Below, one piece after another: positions 51,126 to 60,366 of a DNA stretch of 64,000 nucleotides (the first letter of the stretch is position 1; every line of letters begins with the position of its first letter). Origin of the DNA: an uncultured delta proteobacterium (lineage in GTDB: Bacteria; Myxococcota_A; Polyangia; Polyangiales; Polyangiaceae). Location of the stretch: NCBI GenBank assembly GCA_963841435.1, contig CAWJCS010000002.1, positions 768,001-832,000 on the forward strand. Reading direction: 5' to 3'. A model generated the notes under the pieces. The model had not been told where the DNA came from. It saw nothing but the letters and a program-made list of their open reading frames with translations, and ran no database searches. Made by a program: the position numbers and the translations under genes.

Positions 51126-52140
51126 GTGAAGGGGCTCGTCGCGTGGTTCGTCGTGCTCGGCGCACTCCTCGTGCCGCTTCCCGCGAGCGCCGAGGACGCC
51201 GTGCCGTTGCCGAGCATGCCGGGCGAGCAGCCCGAGCCAGCGCTTCCGACGACGCCGGATGATGCGGCACCCCCGGCGCCGCCCGCTGCCGAGCCGGAGC
51301 CGCCCCCGACCGAGCCGCCCGCTGCCGAGCCGCCCGCTGCCGAACCGGAGCCGCCCCCGGTGCCGCCCGCCGCGTCCTTTCCCGAGACATCAGCGGTCGA
51401 GCCACCGCCTGCCGCGCCGCCGCCCGCGAGCGCCGCGCCGCCCGCACAGCACCTGCTCGGTCCCGCACCGGAGTCGCCGGCGCCCGAGCGTCGCTGGACC
51501 TCCGCACCGCCCGAGAAGAACAAGGACGACGAGGGCGGGATTTTCGGCCCGTTTCGCATCGGGCCCTTCGTGAGCTTCGGGACGCCGAGCCTGGTCGGCG
51601 TGGGCGCGATGATCAAGCTCACGCGCTACGTCGCCGCGGGCGCGCACGTCGGTCTGATTCCGACCCTTCGCTTCAAGTACTACGGCGAAGCGACCGTCTC
51701 GTACCAGGACTACACGCTTTTCGGCCGGTTGCATCTGCTCGGCGGCGGCTTCTTCCTCGGCGCAGAGGTGGGCTACGCGCACATGCGGGGGACCTACGAC
51801 GAAACGATCAACGTCTCCGAAGTACACGGGCTCCGTGCCGGGCCTGCCGACGAGCGTCGATTACTCGAGCACCGGTACGGTGAAGACCTTGGTTTTGACG
51901 CCCGAGATCGGCTACTTCAAGACCTTCGGCTCGGGCTTCAGCATCGGCGTGGACTTCGGCGTTCAGGTTCCCATTGCGCCGAGCGAGGTGAGCTTCCAGC
52001 GCAAGGTGAGCTCGGGCTTGCCGGACACGCTCGTCGATCAGCTCCTTGCGCCCGAAGACGAGAAAGTGAAGAGCACCCTCGAAAAGCTCGGGCGCACCGT
52101 GCTCCCCGCGCTCCACGTGCGCATGGGCTTTTTGCTCTAG
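51126..52140 (+). CDS. Hypothetical outer-membrane beta-barrel-like protein with Pro-rich N-terminus (frameshift near 51820)
   Basis: Signal peptide, PPAAEP repeats, alternating beta-strand pattern, ends VRMGFLL*. Confidence 0.6.
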
Positions 52141-52168
52141 GAGCGGCGGCATTCGCCGGAAAAGACGT

Positions 52169-55111
52169 TCAGGTCGGCGCGAAACGCGGGCGGTGCACGC
52201 CCCAGACGCCGCCGAAATCCGCCACGCGCTCGGGTGCGCTCTTCGCCCAGCGGCTGAGCGAAAGTGGCAACGTCGTTTCGAACTGGAACCACAGCGCCTG
52301 GTCCGAGTAGCGGTGCGGGCGATCCGCGACCTTGGGTGACTGCGCGAGGATCCGGCGCGTGAGCGCGGCGCCGGGTCCGTGCGGCGTCATGCCGGGCGTG
52401 ATGAACAGCGCGCCCGGTGCGAAGAACGTTTCGCGCGTCGTGATGTCGCGCACGATGCCGTTGATCTCGGTCGTGCCGTTGCGATGAAAATACGGCGGGC
52501 GGAACGTGCCCTCGGTCGCGTCCCAGCGCGGGGCGAAGACCACGAGGTCGAGGCTCGCCGTGCCCGGCTCGTCGAGCGGCGCGCTCAGCACGGTGTGGAC
52601 GGACGGATCCACGTGATCGACTCGCGCGTTGCCGACGGGCGAGAAGAGCGAAAGATCGTAGACGACGGGCGTGTAGTTGCCGTGCCAGGCGACGACGTCG
52701 AAGGGTGAATGGTCCTGGCGCGCTTCGTAGAGCTTGCCGCCGAGCTTGTGCGTGAGCCGGAAGCCCGGGCTCAGGCGGTTCTCGAACCAGGCGGCAGGCC
52801 CGCGAAAATGGCGCGGATCGGCCAGGCCGTTGGCGCCTATCAGGCCGCGCTCCGGCAGCCCGAAGTGGCGGCCGTAGACCTCGGCGAGGTAGCCGCGCGC
52901 CGTCGCGTCGCGAAGTAGCACGCTGAACCGGATGCCGCGCGGCACGAGGGCGAGCTCACCGGGCCGAACCTCGAGTGCTCCAAGCTCCGTCAGCAACGTG
53001 AGCCGGCCCTGCTGCGGCAAGAGCAAGAGGTCACCGTCGGCGTTGCAGACGGCGCGCTCCTCCATGCTGCGGTTGGCGGCGTAGACGTGCACGGCAAAGC
53101 CACGCCGCGCGGCGGCGGAGCCGGAGCCCCCGATGGTGCGCACGCCGGCGACGAAATCCGTGGGTGTGACGGGCGGGGCGAGCGGCGCGAAGCCCGTGAG
53201 GTTCGCTTCGAGCGGCTCGGCGCAAAAGTCGTCGGAGAACAGCGCGCCGTCGAGTGGCACGAACGGTGAGGCGTTGGTGCTCGGCCGTACCCGGTACATC
53301 CAGACGCGCGCGTTCTCGGCACGCCGAGCCGTGAAGCCGGTGCCGTTCAGCTGCTCGGGGTAAAGGCCGTAGGGCGCGTGACGTGGCGTGTTCTGGGCCG
53401 CGGGCAGGGCGCCGGGGAGCGCCTCGCTCGCATGGTGGTTGCCGAAACCGAGCGGCGCCGGCGGCGGCGCTCGCCCGGCGAGCGCGGCGTGCGCGAGCAG
53501 GCGGTGCTCGGCGTGGAGGGTGTGCGCTTCGCCCGCCGCCATGGCGAGCGTCACGTCGAGCCCGGCTGTCGCGAGGTGCTTGGCGGTGCGCTCAACGTCA
53601 CCCTCGCCGAGCCAGGGATCGCCGCGGCTCGCTCCGACGAGCACCGGCATGCCGCGGAGCGCGCTCGGGGGCGCGAGCTCTTCGCCCGGTGCGCCGATGT
53701 TTGCGCCCGAGAGCGCGACGACGCCTGCGAGCCGCTCGCTCCGCCTCGACGAGAGCTCGAGCGCGAGACACGCGCCCTGTGAGAACCCGTACAAGGCGAC
53801 GTGCTCCGCGCCCGCCTCGGAAACGGCGTGATCGAGCACCTTGCCGGTTGCGGCGAGAGCGCCCTCGAGCTCGGCGAGCTCCCGTTTCGGCGCGCTGTAG
53901 CGCCCGGTGTACCAGGCGTTGTCCGTCGCCTGGGGTGCGAGGATCGCGAGCTCGGGATCGTCACCCGTGAGCTCGAGCACGCGAGCGACGGCGCCGTCCG
54001 CCGTCGCGCCACGCCCGTGCAGCGCCACGATCACGCGTCGCGCCGTCGCCGGCGCGGGGCCGTGCACGGCGACCGGTTCGGAGAGGCCGAAATCCTCGTG
54101 GCGCGTCGCACGTGAGGGGCGGCGGCCGTGGTACGCGCTCCGGAGCAGCGCACGCGGTAGCTCCGCGTGGGACAGAAGGATCGCGTCGAGCTTCGCGAGC
54201 GTCACGCCGAGCGCCTTGAGCGAGGTGGGTGCGCCCGCGCGTACCAGGGCATCGAACAGCCCTGCTTCCAGGTCACCCACGGCGAGGCGCGCTTCGACCT
54301 CTCGTACGACGGGTGCGTGGGTCGCACGGGCGGCGTGCACGGTGTGCGGGAGCAACGCGGCGTGCAGCGCGCCATGCTCGAGATCGAGCATGCCTCCGAG
54401 CCGGTGAACGAGCTCGTGGTGCGCCCCCACTTTCGCGCCCTCGAGCAGCCGGGCCGCCTGAGCCGCGCCGCGCAGCGCCGCGGCGCGCGCGCCAGGGTCC
54501 ACGGGTGAGCGCAGGATGCCGTCGATCGCGCCGTAGACGCGCTCGATCGCCGCGAGCGCCTGCTCGGAGCGCTGTTCGCCGTCGGCCGTCGTGAGGAGCG
54601 TGCCGAGCGGATGGGCCAGCGCGTTGAGCAGGCTCGTGACGCTGAGTGCCTTGGGCATGTCGAGCGTGAGCTCCACGTCGTGGATGACGAGGCGCGGGCG
54701 CACGCGGTCGTCCCGGCCCGTGACCTTCTTGCCGTTTTCGAGGCGGCCGTGGATGTTGGTGTGCTCGGAGCCCGAATACGTGGTGGGAATCGCCACGAGG
54801 GTGATCGCGTGCTCGAGCCCGAGCACCTTGGCGAGGCCGATGGCGGAGCCGCCACCGAGCGCGATCACCGTGTCGGCGCCGCTTGCCGCGAGCGCCTGCG
54901 TTGCTTCGGCGACAACGTCCTCGGGTACGTGGCGGCGAGCGCCCGAGTAGACGCCCACGGCTCGCTCGCCGAGCAGCGGCTTTACCCGGTCGAGGTAGCG
55001 CTCACTCGGCCCCGTCACGACGAGCACACGGCGACTGCCGAGCGCGTCGAGCGCTGCCGGCAGCGCGGCGAGCTCGTCCGCCTCGAGTGGTGGGCCCGGA
55101 ACCGCGCTCAC
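52169..55111 (-). CDS. Three-domain fusion: maleylacetate reductase-like Fe-ADH + alpha/beta-hydrolase (carboxylesterase) + homogentisate 1,2-dioxygenase-like domain
   Basis: GGGSAIGLAK, IPTTYSGSE, NALAH, HHELVHRLGG; LHGRG, GFSQGA, GDPW, EAH; GFGN..SEALPGALP, PYGLYPEQL, FDVVAWHGNY, DHVDPS, FRPPYFHRN..E, MTPHGP. Confidence 0.85.
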   Translation of the reverse strand: MSAVPGPPLEADELAALPAALDALGSRRVLVVTGPSERYLDRVKPLLGERAVGVYSGARRHVPEDVVAEATQALAASGADTVIALGGGSAIGLAKVLGLEHAITLVAIPTTYSGSEHTNIHGRLENGKKVTGRDDRVRPRLVIHDVELTLDMPKALSVTSLLNALAHPLGTLLTTADGEQRSEQALAAIERVYGAIDGILRSPVDPGARAAALRGAAQAARLLEGAKVGAHHELVHRLGGMLDLEHGALHAALLPHTVHAARATHAPVVREVEARLAVGDLEAGLFDALVRAGAPTSLKALGVTLAKLDAILLSHAELPRALLRSAYHGRRPSRATRHEDFGLSEPVAVHGPAPATARRVIVALHGRGATADGAVARVLELTGDDPELAILAPQATDNAWYTGRYSAPKRELAELEGALAATGKVLDHAVSEAGAEHVALYGFSQGACLALELSSRRSERLAGVVALSGANIGAPGEELAPPSALRGMPVLVGASRGDPWLGEGDVERTAKHLATAGLDVTLAMAAGEAHTLHAEHRLLAHAALAGRAPPPAPLGFGNHHASEALPGALPAAQNTPRHAPYGLYPEQLNGTGFTARRAENARVWMYRVRPSTNASPFVPLDGALFSDDFCAEPLEANLTGFAPLAPPVTPTDFVAGVRTIGGSGSAAARRGFAVHVYAANRSMEERAVCNADGDLLLLPQQGRLTLLTELGALEVRPGELALVPRGIRFSVLLRDATARGYLAEVYGRHFGLPERGLIGANGLADPRHFRGPAAWFENRLSPGFRLTHKLGGKLYEARQDHSPFDVVAWHGNYTPVVYDLSLFSPVGNARVDHVDPSVHTVLSAPLDEPGTASLDLVVFAPRWDATEGTFRPPYFHRNGTTEINGIVRDITTRETFFAPGALFITPGMTPHGPGAALTRRILAQSPKVADRPHRYSDQALWFQFETTLPLSLSRWAKSAPERVADFGGVWGVHRPRFAPT

Positions 55112-55938
55112 GGGCTCTCCAAGTGGAGGAGCGCGCGCGCCTCGCTCGGGGTTGCGATGCTGCGGCCGTGCTCGCGGGCGAGCGTGGCGACGCGGGCGAC
55201 GAGCTCCGCGTTGCTCGCGGCGAGTCGATGCTCGTCGAATCGCACGTTGTCCTCGAGCCCGGTGCGAACGTGCCCACCGAGCTCGAGCGACCAGCGGTTC
55301 ACCGTGAGCTGGTGCTTGCCCATCCCGGCGGCCGTCCAGCTGGCGCCCGGCATCACGCTGGCGAGCTCGCGCACGAGAAACTCGAAAAGCTCACGTCGGG
55401 CCGGCAGCGCGTTCTTCAGGCCGAGCACGAACTGCACGTGCGCCGGCGCGCGGACGAGCTGCCGCTCGACGAGCGCGGCCGCGTTGTAGAGCATGGCGAC
55501 GTCGAACACCTCGATCTCGGGCTTGATCCCGCGCGCCAGCATCTCGCTTGCGAGCCCCTCGATGAATTCGGGGGGATTCTCGTACACGGAGGTGGGAAAG
55601 TTCACGGAGCCCGTCGCGAGCGAGGCCATGTCGGGTCCGAGATGAAGCATCGAGCCACGCTCCGCGAGCGAGCGCCCACGGCCACCCGTCGAAAATTGGA
55701 CGATCATGCCCGGGCAGTGCTCCTTCACGCCCTCCATCACGCGCGCGAAGCGCGAGGGGTCCGAGGACGGGTGACCCTCGTCGTCGCGGACGTGCACGTG
55801 CACGAGTGCGGCGCCGGCCTCGTAGGCGGCCTGGGTCGACTCGATCTGTTCGCTCGGACTGATCGGGACGTTCGGATTGTTCGCCTTCTGCGGAAGGGAG
55901 CCGGTGATGGCGACGCTGATGATGCAGGGCTCGGCCAC
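55108..55938 (-). CDS. Beta-keto acid cleavage enzyme (BKACE / Kce / DUF849)
   Basis: IISVAITGS, NVPISPSEQ, VHVHVRD, QFSTGG, MASLATGSVNF, KPEIEVFD, HVRTGLEDN; GTGA overlap with the fusion gene. Confidence 0.9.
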   Translation of the reverse strand: MAEPCIISVAITGSLPQKANNPNVPISPSEQIESTQAAYEAGAALVHVHVRDDEGHPSSDPSRFARVMEGVKEHCPGMIVQFSTGGRGRSLAERGSMLHLGPDMASLATGSVNFPTSVYENPPEFIEGLASEMLARGIKPEIEVFDVAMLYNAAALVERQLVRAPAHVQFVLGLKNALPARRELFEFLVRELASVMPGASWTAAGMGKHQLTVNRWSLELGGHVRTGLEDNVRFDEHRLAASNAELVARVATLAREHGRSIATPSEARALLHLESP

Positions 55939-55964
55939 GCCCCCGCATCATCCCCCAAACCGCC

Positions 55965-57296
55965 TCAGGGCGCTGCCCCGAGCTCGCTCAGGGACCTCAA
56001 AAAATAAGCACTGTCCTTGGGTCGCCGCACCTGGGTCGCGAAGTCCACGTGAAAAAGCCCGTAGCGCAGCGTGTACCCCTCCGACCATTCGAAGTTGTCG
56101 AGCAGCGACCAGGCAAAGTAGCTCTCGACGGGCACGCCCTCGCGCCGAGCGATGGCGATCTCCGCCAGGTGCGCTGCGAGGAACTCGGTGCGCCCGCGAT
56201 CGTGGATTTTGCCGTCGGCCTCGAGCGCGTCGTCGAAGGCGGCGCCGTTCTCCGTGACCACGAGGCGCGAGAATCCGTAGTCACGATGGAGGCGAGTCAG
56301 CGTCTCGCGAATTCCCGGCGCGTAGATCTCACGGTCCGCCGTGCGCGGCAGGCCGGTGTCGCGGACCCGGCGCTCGGAGAGCACGCCGCCCGCCGGGTCG
56401 TGGGCGACGACGGCGCGCTCGTAGTAGTTGACGCCGAGCACGTCGATGGGCTCGGCCATCCGCTCGAGGTCACCGGGCGCCATGGCCGGCATGCGCGAGC
56501 CGTAGAGCTCGCACATGTCCGCCGGGTAGCCGCGGCCGACCAGCGGCTCGACGAACCAGCGATTGAAGTTGCCGTCGACGCGCCGGGCCGCCGCGCGGTC
56601 CTCGGGTGAATCGCTCGCGGGGTGGGCCGGCAGATAGTTCACGGCGATTCCGACGGGCGCGCGCGTGCGCGTCCGGAGCGCTCGCACGGCCTCGCCGTGC
56701 GAGATGAGCAGATGGTGGGCGCAGAGCAGCGCCTCGCCGAGATCGTGGTGACCGGGCGCGAACAGGCCAGTGTGGTAGCCGAGGAATGCCTGGCACCACG
56801 GTTCGTTGTGCGTGAGGTAAAGCGCGACACGGTCACCGAGCCGCGCGCCGACCGCGTCCGCGAACTCCGCGAAGGCCCCCACCGTGTCGCGCGAAAGCCA
56901 GCCGCCGGGGAGGGCGTCCGGCAGGTCCCAGTGGTAGAGCGTGGCGTTCGGGCGGATGCCGCGCTCCAGCAAACGATCGACGAGGCGATCGTAGAAATCG
57001 AGCCCCCGCTGGTTGACTTGGCCACGTCCGAGCGGGACCACGCGGGGCCAGGCGATGCTGAACCGGTAGGCGTTCACGCCGAGCCACCCGAGCAGGGCGA
57101 GGTCCGCTTCGAATCGATGGTAGTGGTCGCAGGCGATGTCCGCGTGGTGGCCGAGCTTGGTCTTCCCGAGCGTGTGCGAGAACCTGTCCCAGATGCTCGG
57201 GCCCCGGCCGTCCTCGTTCACGGCGCCCTCGATCTGGTAGGAGGACGTGGCGACGCCGAGCTGGAAGTCTTGGCCGAGATCCGCGCGCGCGAGCAT
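55965..57296 (-). CDS. GH1 beta-glucosidase
   Basis: GVATSSYQIEGA, CDHYHRF, YRFSIAWPR, TLYHWDLP, acid/base HNEP, nucleophile VTENG, WSLLDNFEWSEGY. Confidence 0.95.
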   Translation of the reverse strand: MLARADLGQDFQLGVATSSYQIEGAVNEDGRGPSIWDRFSHTLGKTKLGHHADIACDHYHRFEADLALLGWLGVNAYRFSIAWPRVVPLGRGQVNQRGLDFYDRLVDRLLERGIRPNATLYHWDLPDALPGGWLSRDTVGAFAEFADAVGARLGDRVALYLTHNEPWCQAFLGYHTGLFAPGHHDLGEALLCAHHLLISHGEAVRALRTRTRAPVGIAVNYLPAHPASDSPEDRAAARRVDGNFNRWFVEPLVGRGYPADMCELYGSRMPAMAPGDLERMAEPIDVLGVNYYERAVVAHDPAGGVLSERRVRDTGLPRTADREIYAPGIRETLTRLHRDYGFSRLVVTENGAAFDDALEADGKIHDRGRTEFLAAHLAEIAIARREGVPVESYFAWSLLDNFEWSEGYTLRYGLFHVDFATQVRRPKDSAYFLRSLSELGAAP

Positions 57297-57493
57297 TCGC
57301 CCCCTTTTGAGTCGATTCCTTCACGCAAATCAAGTTGTCCCGCCCTGAGACGCGCCTTGCCGCGCGGGCCCGCGCTCCGGCGTCATCCCGCCCGAGCGGC
57401 TACCGACTCCCGACTCGCTGTCGCGTTCGACGCGATCGCGGCGCTCGACGCGAGAAGGCGTGCCGAGCACACGATAAAGATCCATAGTAGTTT

Positions 57494-58918
57494 ATGGCGG
57501 CTTATCGGCCGAACAACCTGATCGCGATTTCCGACCTGCACCTTGGGGCGGACCTCGTGCATCACGTGCGGCCCGACGCCCCGGCGCGCTCCCTCTCGAG
57601 CGAGCGCAGCGACCGAGAGCTCGTCGAGCTGCTCGCCTGGTACCGCGACCACCGCGTGGACGACAAGCCGTGGCGATTGGTGATCGGCGGCGACTTCATC
57701 GACTTCGCGGGCATGGCCATGACGGCTCGTGGTGCAGAGCTATCGACGCCGCCCACGGAGGAGGAGCTCTATCACGGCCTCGGCAGCTCCATGGATCACG
57801 CGCTCGTCAAGCTCCAACTCGTGCTCGTGCATCACGCAGGAGTGATGGAGGCGCTCGCTCGTTTCGTCGCAGCGGGCAACACCCTCGTCATCGTGCGGGG
57901 CAACCACGACGTGGACTGGCACTGGCGCCCGGTGCAGCGCGCTTTCAGGCGCGCACTCGAAGCGTACGCGCCCCTGCCACGCGGTGCCGTCGCCTTCGAG
58001 CCGTGGTTTTACTACGAGGAGGGTCTCGTCTACGTCGAGCACGGGCATCAGTACGATCCGTGCTGCAGCTACGACAACGTGCTCTACCCCATTTCCCCCA
58101 CGGACCCGCTGCGTACGGCAAGGTCGCTCGCGGACGTGCTCTTGCGCTACGTCGTGCGTCCCACGCGCGGCATGCGAGAAAGTGGTCACGAAGCCGCGAG
58201 CCTCCTCGACTATCTGAGATTCGCCGTTCGGCTCGGGGCGCGCGGTGCCGTCGCGCTCGTGGGGCGCTTCGCGGCCGCGAACCGCGCGCTGCTAGCCCTC
58301 TGGCGCGGGCACCTGCGAGGCGCCTCGGATCGGGTCAAGGCCGTCCATCGCCGGCGCATGCGCGCGCTGAGCACCTTCTATCGCATTCGGCTCGAACGCC
58401 TCGAGAGCCTCGCGAAGCTGCAGTACGCCCCGGTGACGCGCAGCCTCGCCGGCATCCTCACGAGCGTCATGCTCGATCGCGTGCTGCTGGTCGCCGTCGC
58501 CCTGCTCGGAACGGCGGTGTTGCTCCTGTTCACGCCACGCTGGGTGGCGGTGCCCGGGGTGGCGCTGCTCGTCGCGGTGCTGCTCGCCGGATTCCGTCAC
58601 GTCTTTCCCGTCCGCAGCGTGGAGCCGAGCGCACTCTTGCGCGAGCGCTCGATGCTCGTGGCAAAGCTCTTTCCCGCAGCCTTTGTCGTCATGGGGCACA
58701 CCCACCTGCCCGAGGTTCGCTCGCGAGAGCGCGTGACGTACGTGAACCTCGGTGCCTGGGCCGAGCCCGACTCCGCCGAGGGCGGCGCCGCGCCGCCACC
58801 CGCGGCGCGGACTCATCTCGTCTTGTTGCGTGCAGAAGGTGGCATGACGGCAGAGCTCCGGGCCTGGCGAGCGACGGGCCCCGAAGCGTTCGTCGGCGGC
58901 GAGCCGCGCGCCTGCTGA
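57494..58918 (+). CDS. Calcineurin-like metallophosphoesterase with internal TM hairpin
   Basis: ISDLHLG, GGDFID, RGNHD, EHGHQYD, MGHTH, YVNLGAW. Confidence 0.85.
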   Translation: MAAYRPNNLIAISDLHLGADLVHHVRPDAPARSLSSERSDRELVELLAWYRDHRVDDKPWRLVIGGDFIDFAGMAMTARGAELSTPPTEEELYHGLGSSMDHALVKLQLVLVHHAGVMEALARFVAAGNTLVIVRGNHDVDWHWRPVQRAFRRALEAYAPLPRGAVAFEPWFYYEEGLVYVEHGHQYDPCCSYDNVLYPISPTDPLRTARSLADVLLRYVVRPTRGMRESGHEAASLLDYLRFAVRLGARGAVALVGRFAAANRALLALWRGHLRGASDRVKAVHRRRMRALSTFYRIRLERLESLAKLQYAPVTRSLAGILTSVMLDRVLLVAVALLGTAVLLLFTPRWVAVPGVALLVAVLLAGFRHVFPVRSVEPSALLRERSMLVAKLFPAAFVVMGHTHLPEVRSRERVTYVNLGAWAEPDSAEGGAAPPPAARTHLVLLRAEGGMTAELRAWRATGPEAFVGGEPRAC

Positions 58919-59005
58919 GTCTGCCGCGCGCGCGCGTCGGGGCGGCGCGGGGCCCCACACGCCAAAGAACGAGCCAAAACACGCCGTTGGCCCCTTCGGG
59001 TCCGC

Positions 59006-60181
59006 GTGGCACACTCGGCTCCCTCGCGCTTCCCGATGTTCGAGAGGTCAATCGTCGTACGCGTGGGGCGCTCGGCGGTGCTCGCCGTGCTCTTCGGCGC
59101 GCCCGCAGCCCCCGCCGCTCCGGGCGCACGCGCGCACACGCCCGCCCGGCGCGCCGCGGCGGCGCCCGAAAAGGCGAAGCCCGAGCCGCGCTCGCGGCGA
59201 GCAAAGCTCACTGCGGGCCGTGACCTGATGCGGACGGCGCCCGCAGCAGCGTTGATGGACTCCGCATGGTCCGGCGCCTTGCAGCTCGGTACGCTCGTTT
59301 CGAGCCGGCGCTACGACGGTCCGCAGCCCAAGGGCTTGCTCGCCCACGAGGCCACGCGCTTCCTCTACGGCACGAGCTGGACCGCCATGCTGGCCCTCGA
59401 AGCGTTCGCCGTCGCGAGCGCCGGAAGCGGTGATTTTCGGCTCCTTTCCAGCGCGAGCTACCGCGCGAGCTGGCTTTTGGCAGGCTCGCTCCCAGAGTGC
59501 CCCGCGCGCGTCTCGCTCGCGGGCTGCGGCGTCGGCATGGGAGGGTTCGGCAGCGTCGGGGTTCGCTTCAAGGGCTCCGTCCTGACGTACGAGGCGGGTG
59601 GGGGCTGGCTCGAGCAGCGCGTTTCGAACGACACGACGCGCACGCTGTCGGAATCCATGTGGGTGCTCACGCCCGTGTCGGTGCTCGTCCCCGTCGAAAC
59701 GGCTAAAGCGCCGCTCCAGCTCTACATGATCGGCGGCCCCGCGCTGTCGTTCGGCATGCACGCTGCGCACGTCCACCCGACCGAACTCGGTTCGCACACG
59801 CTCGACGTGCCCTGGCACGAGCTCTACCCGCTCGAGCTCGGCGTCGGGCCGGGTGGGGCGCTGCGTGCGGGACTGCGCATCGCGGGTCGCGTCGCGCTCG
59901 AGGGTGAGCTCGCCTTTGCGATCTTCACCCTCGGCACGCGGCACGTGTCGCCGCCTCCCCAAGTGAGTCCTTTCGGCCCAACCGAGGGCGTGCCGACCTT
60001 TCGCATGCTTTCCGCGGGCGTAAAATATGCTGACCCAGGAACACCGATGGACTTCGGCGTCGGCGTGTTCGGCGCCGAACTCTCCTCTCGGCCCATCGGG
60101 CGACTGGGTCATACGGGAGCGATGATTCACCTAAGATTCCCGCTTTCCGTCGACCGCGCGCGCCCGGAGTCTTCGCGTTAG
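59006..60181 (+). CDS. Hypothetical secreted/outer-membrane protein
   Basis: Long ORF with signal-like N-terminus and beta-strand-rich pattern; start uncertain (59006 or 59036). Confidence 0.55.
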   Translation: MAHSAPSRFPMFERSIVVRVGRSAVLAVLFGAPAAPAAPGARAHTPARRAAAAPEKAKPEPRSRRAKLTAGRDLMRTAPAAALMDSAWSGALQLGTLVSSRRYDGPQPKGLLAHEATRFLYGTSWTAMLALEAFAVASAGSGDFRLLSSASYRASWLLAGSLPECPARVSLAGCGVGMGGFGSVGVRFKGSVLTYEAGGGWLEQRVSNDTTRTLSESMWVLTPVSVLVPVETAKAPLQLYMIGGPALSFGMHAAHVHPTELGSHTLDVPWHELYPLELGVGPGGALRAGLRIAGRVALEGELAFAIFTLGTRHVSPPPQVSPFGPTEGVPTFRMLSAGVKYADPGTPMDFGVGVFGAELSSRPIGRLGHTGAMIHLRFPLSVDRARPESSR

Positions 60182-60366
60182 TCACCCGTGCCCATCGATC
60201 TCGACACGCGTCGTGGTTGCGAAGCACTCGACCTCAATCGTTGCCTCGTCGCGCTTCGATGTAGGCACTTCTCCGTGCGTGTCGTCTCGGGTGCGCCGAG
60301 CGCGACCCACACAGTGTGGTAGTTTTTAGGCGCCCGGCTCTCGCCGGCTCGGAGGTCGCACCGTTC

